Shown piece by piece: positions 62,981-64,000 of a stretch of DNA of 64,000 nucleotides. The notes below the pieces were generated by a model. That model was not told the origin of the DNA, ran no database searches, and was given only the letters and a program-made list of their open reading frames with translations. Source of the stretch: an uncultured Thermoplasmatales archaeon (GTDB lineage Archaea; Thermoplasmatota; Penumbrarchaeia; Penumbrarchaeales; Penumbrarchaeaceae). The stretch lies in the NCBI GenBank assembly GCA_964445525.1, contig CAYULA010000018.1, forward strand, positions 36-64,035, given 5' to 3'. Both the position numbers and the translations under genes were made by a program. The stretch's first letter is position 1. Every line of letters starts with the position of its first letter.

Positions 62981-63000
62981 CCCCGCCGATATCGGCGGGG
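62981..63000. terminator. perfect 20-bp palindrome CCCCGCCGAT/ATCGGCGGGG between convergent genes
   Basis: It is flanked by an A-run (62976-62980), which is a T-run on the minus strand. On the plus strand it is followed by aattcatcccattttt. It could terminate both serC and the PKD-protein gene. Confidence 0.5.
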
Positions 63001-63049
63001 AATTCATCCCATTTTTCACAGGGATCTCTCCGCAGAATTAAATCTCCTA

Positions 63050-64000
63050 TCATGATCGAATCAGGGTATTTTCCTGTTCAGCAATGGCATCGGTTGAATC
63101 AGGTTTTTCAACATCAACGATCTCAGTTTTCTTGTTTTTCATGATAAAGAAGATCGCCAACCCGATTCCGACAAGAAGCAAGATTACCACAATAACTATG
63201 ATCAATACGATCGGAGATCCTCCATCACCTTCGGATTTCTTCATCATCGTATCGGAGGTTGATAGGTCGGTATTTTCCATTATTTCTATATTTGAGGTCC
63301 CTTCCAATTTACCGTAACCGCTCTTCTCTATCGTCCAGGTTACCTGACCGTTCGGAATCGAGAGAGAGAAGGATCCATCGGTCTCGGTGGTTGCAGTGTG
63401 TTCCTTTCCAGAGCTATCGATGACGGTAACCTTGGCTCCCTGGATCGGGTTACCATTTCCATCCAGAATAGTTCCGCTCAATGTACCATTGTCAAGGACC
63501 TTGATAGTCAGCTTGTCTGTTCCTCTGTTCAGGAACTGATCGGTCACTGTCAATTCTATCTCGTATTCTCCAGCACTATCAAAGGTGAAGGTAACAATTT
63601 CCCCATCCAATACCTGGTCCTCTCCATTGTAATTGAATTTCCATTTCCAGGTGGATATCTTTCCGTTGTCAGTTGAAGAGGACCCGTCCAGTGTGACGGT
63701 GGTTCCTTTCTTCACTGTCAGATCGTCTCCTGCTACCACCTTCGGCTTCTCATTGTCAGGGACCTCGACTGTAACAGTCTTGGAAGCAGAATTGTTCCAC
63801 TGGTCGAATACAGTCAATGTTACATCGATGTAACCCTGCCTCTCGAAAGTGTGGTTCAGGTAAGGACCTTCGACCATCACATCCTCTCCGTCCGTGAAAT
63901 TCCAGACATACTTCACTATCCGTCCGTTGTCTGTGGAAGATTTTCCGCTCAGTTCCAGAGGATCGCCTTCGATCAATTTTGTACTACCAGTAATCACGGC
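63050..64000 (-). CDS. PKD-repeat / CarboxypepD_reg-like surface protein with TM anchor (N-terminus outside the window)
   Basis: Three PKD-like repeats (SSTDNG(K/R)I..(W/Y).W.F) are followed by the GTLSGTILDGNGNPIQGAKVTVID module. A TM helix and cytoplasmic tail follow. The frame is open to the window end. Confidence 0.75.
   Translation of the reverse strand, partial: AVITGSTKLIEGDPLELSGKSSTDNGRIVKYVWNFTDGEDVMVEGPYLNHTFERQGYIDVTLTVFDQWNNSASKTVTVEVPDNEKPKVVAGDDLTVKKGTTVTLDGSSSTDNGKISTWKWKFNYNGEDQVLDGEIVTFTFDSAGEYEIELTVTDQFLNRGTDKLTIKVLDNGTLSGTILDGNGNPIQGAKVTVIDSSGKEHTATTETDGSFSLSIPNGQVTWTIEKSGYGKLEGTSNIEIMENTDLSTSDTMMKKSEGDGGSPIVLIIVIVVILLLVGIGLAIFFIMKNKKTEIVDVEKPDSTDAIAEQENTLIRS

Noticed and set aside
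1-64000. CRISPR arrays, rRNA genes, additional tRNAs
   Set aside because: Every intergenic gap is 315 bp or shorter, and none shows regularly spaced direct repeats or rRNA/tRNA signatures apart from tRNA-Arg at 53646-53719.

Overview
The window is an archaeal chromosome segment. The assignment rests on hallmark information-processing genes: proteasome alpha, RFC large subunit with a C-terminal PIP box, RNAP subunits E' and P, Spt4, r-proteins L37Ae, L10e, S24e and S27ae, fibrillarin, RNase P Pop5, KEOPS Pcc1, prefoldin beta, Pth2, deoxyhypusine synthase and pyruvoyl arginine decarboxylase. The lineage is probably Thermoplasmatota-like, but that is inference only.

Most of the window is core genome:
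- a trehalose cluster (OtsA-OtsB fusion, TreT, ROK kinase)
- a copper-efflux cluster (CopA plus a YHS ORF that the ORF track missed)
- two PAS histidine kinases
- several large membrane-anchored exoproteins: an S8 protease, an FG-GAP giant, a PKD protein, and two tandem paralogues of unknown family

The accessory part is an AT-rich block at about 33.8-50.4 kb in which every gene is on the minus strand. It is a Type I R-M operon (half-hsdS, hsdM ... hsdS ... hsdR, DUF45 peptidase) split open by cargo genes. The cargo includes:
- a SMODS nucleotidyltransferase + SLATT 2-TM pair (CBASS-like) preceded by an ASCH gene
- a DUF1016 PD-(D/E)xK nuclease flanked by duplicated ASCH 5' fragments
- AlbA_2/Schlafen-like wHTH proteins
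- a tightly coupled five-gene block in which I recognise no family

Within that block, four phased 28-30 bp dyad-symmetric elements (spacing 42/42/45 bp) have conserved ACCAT...ATGGT ends and compensatory inner changes. This is the most unusual sequence-level signal I found.

One tRNA-Arg(CCG) lies at 53646-53719. I recognised no rRNA, CRISPR array, transposase or integrase.

All family calls come from motif recognition by eye. No HMM or BLAST search was run.
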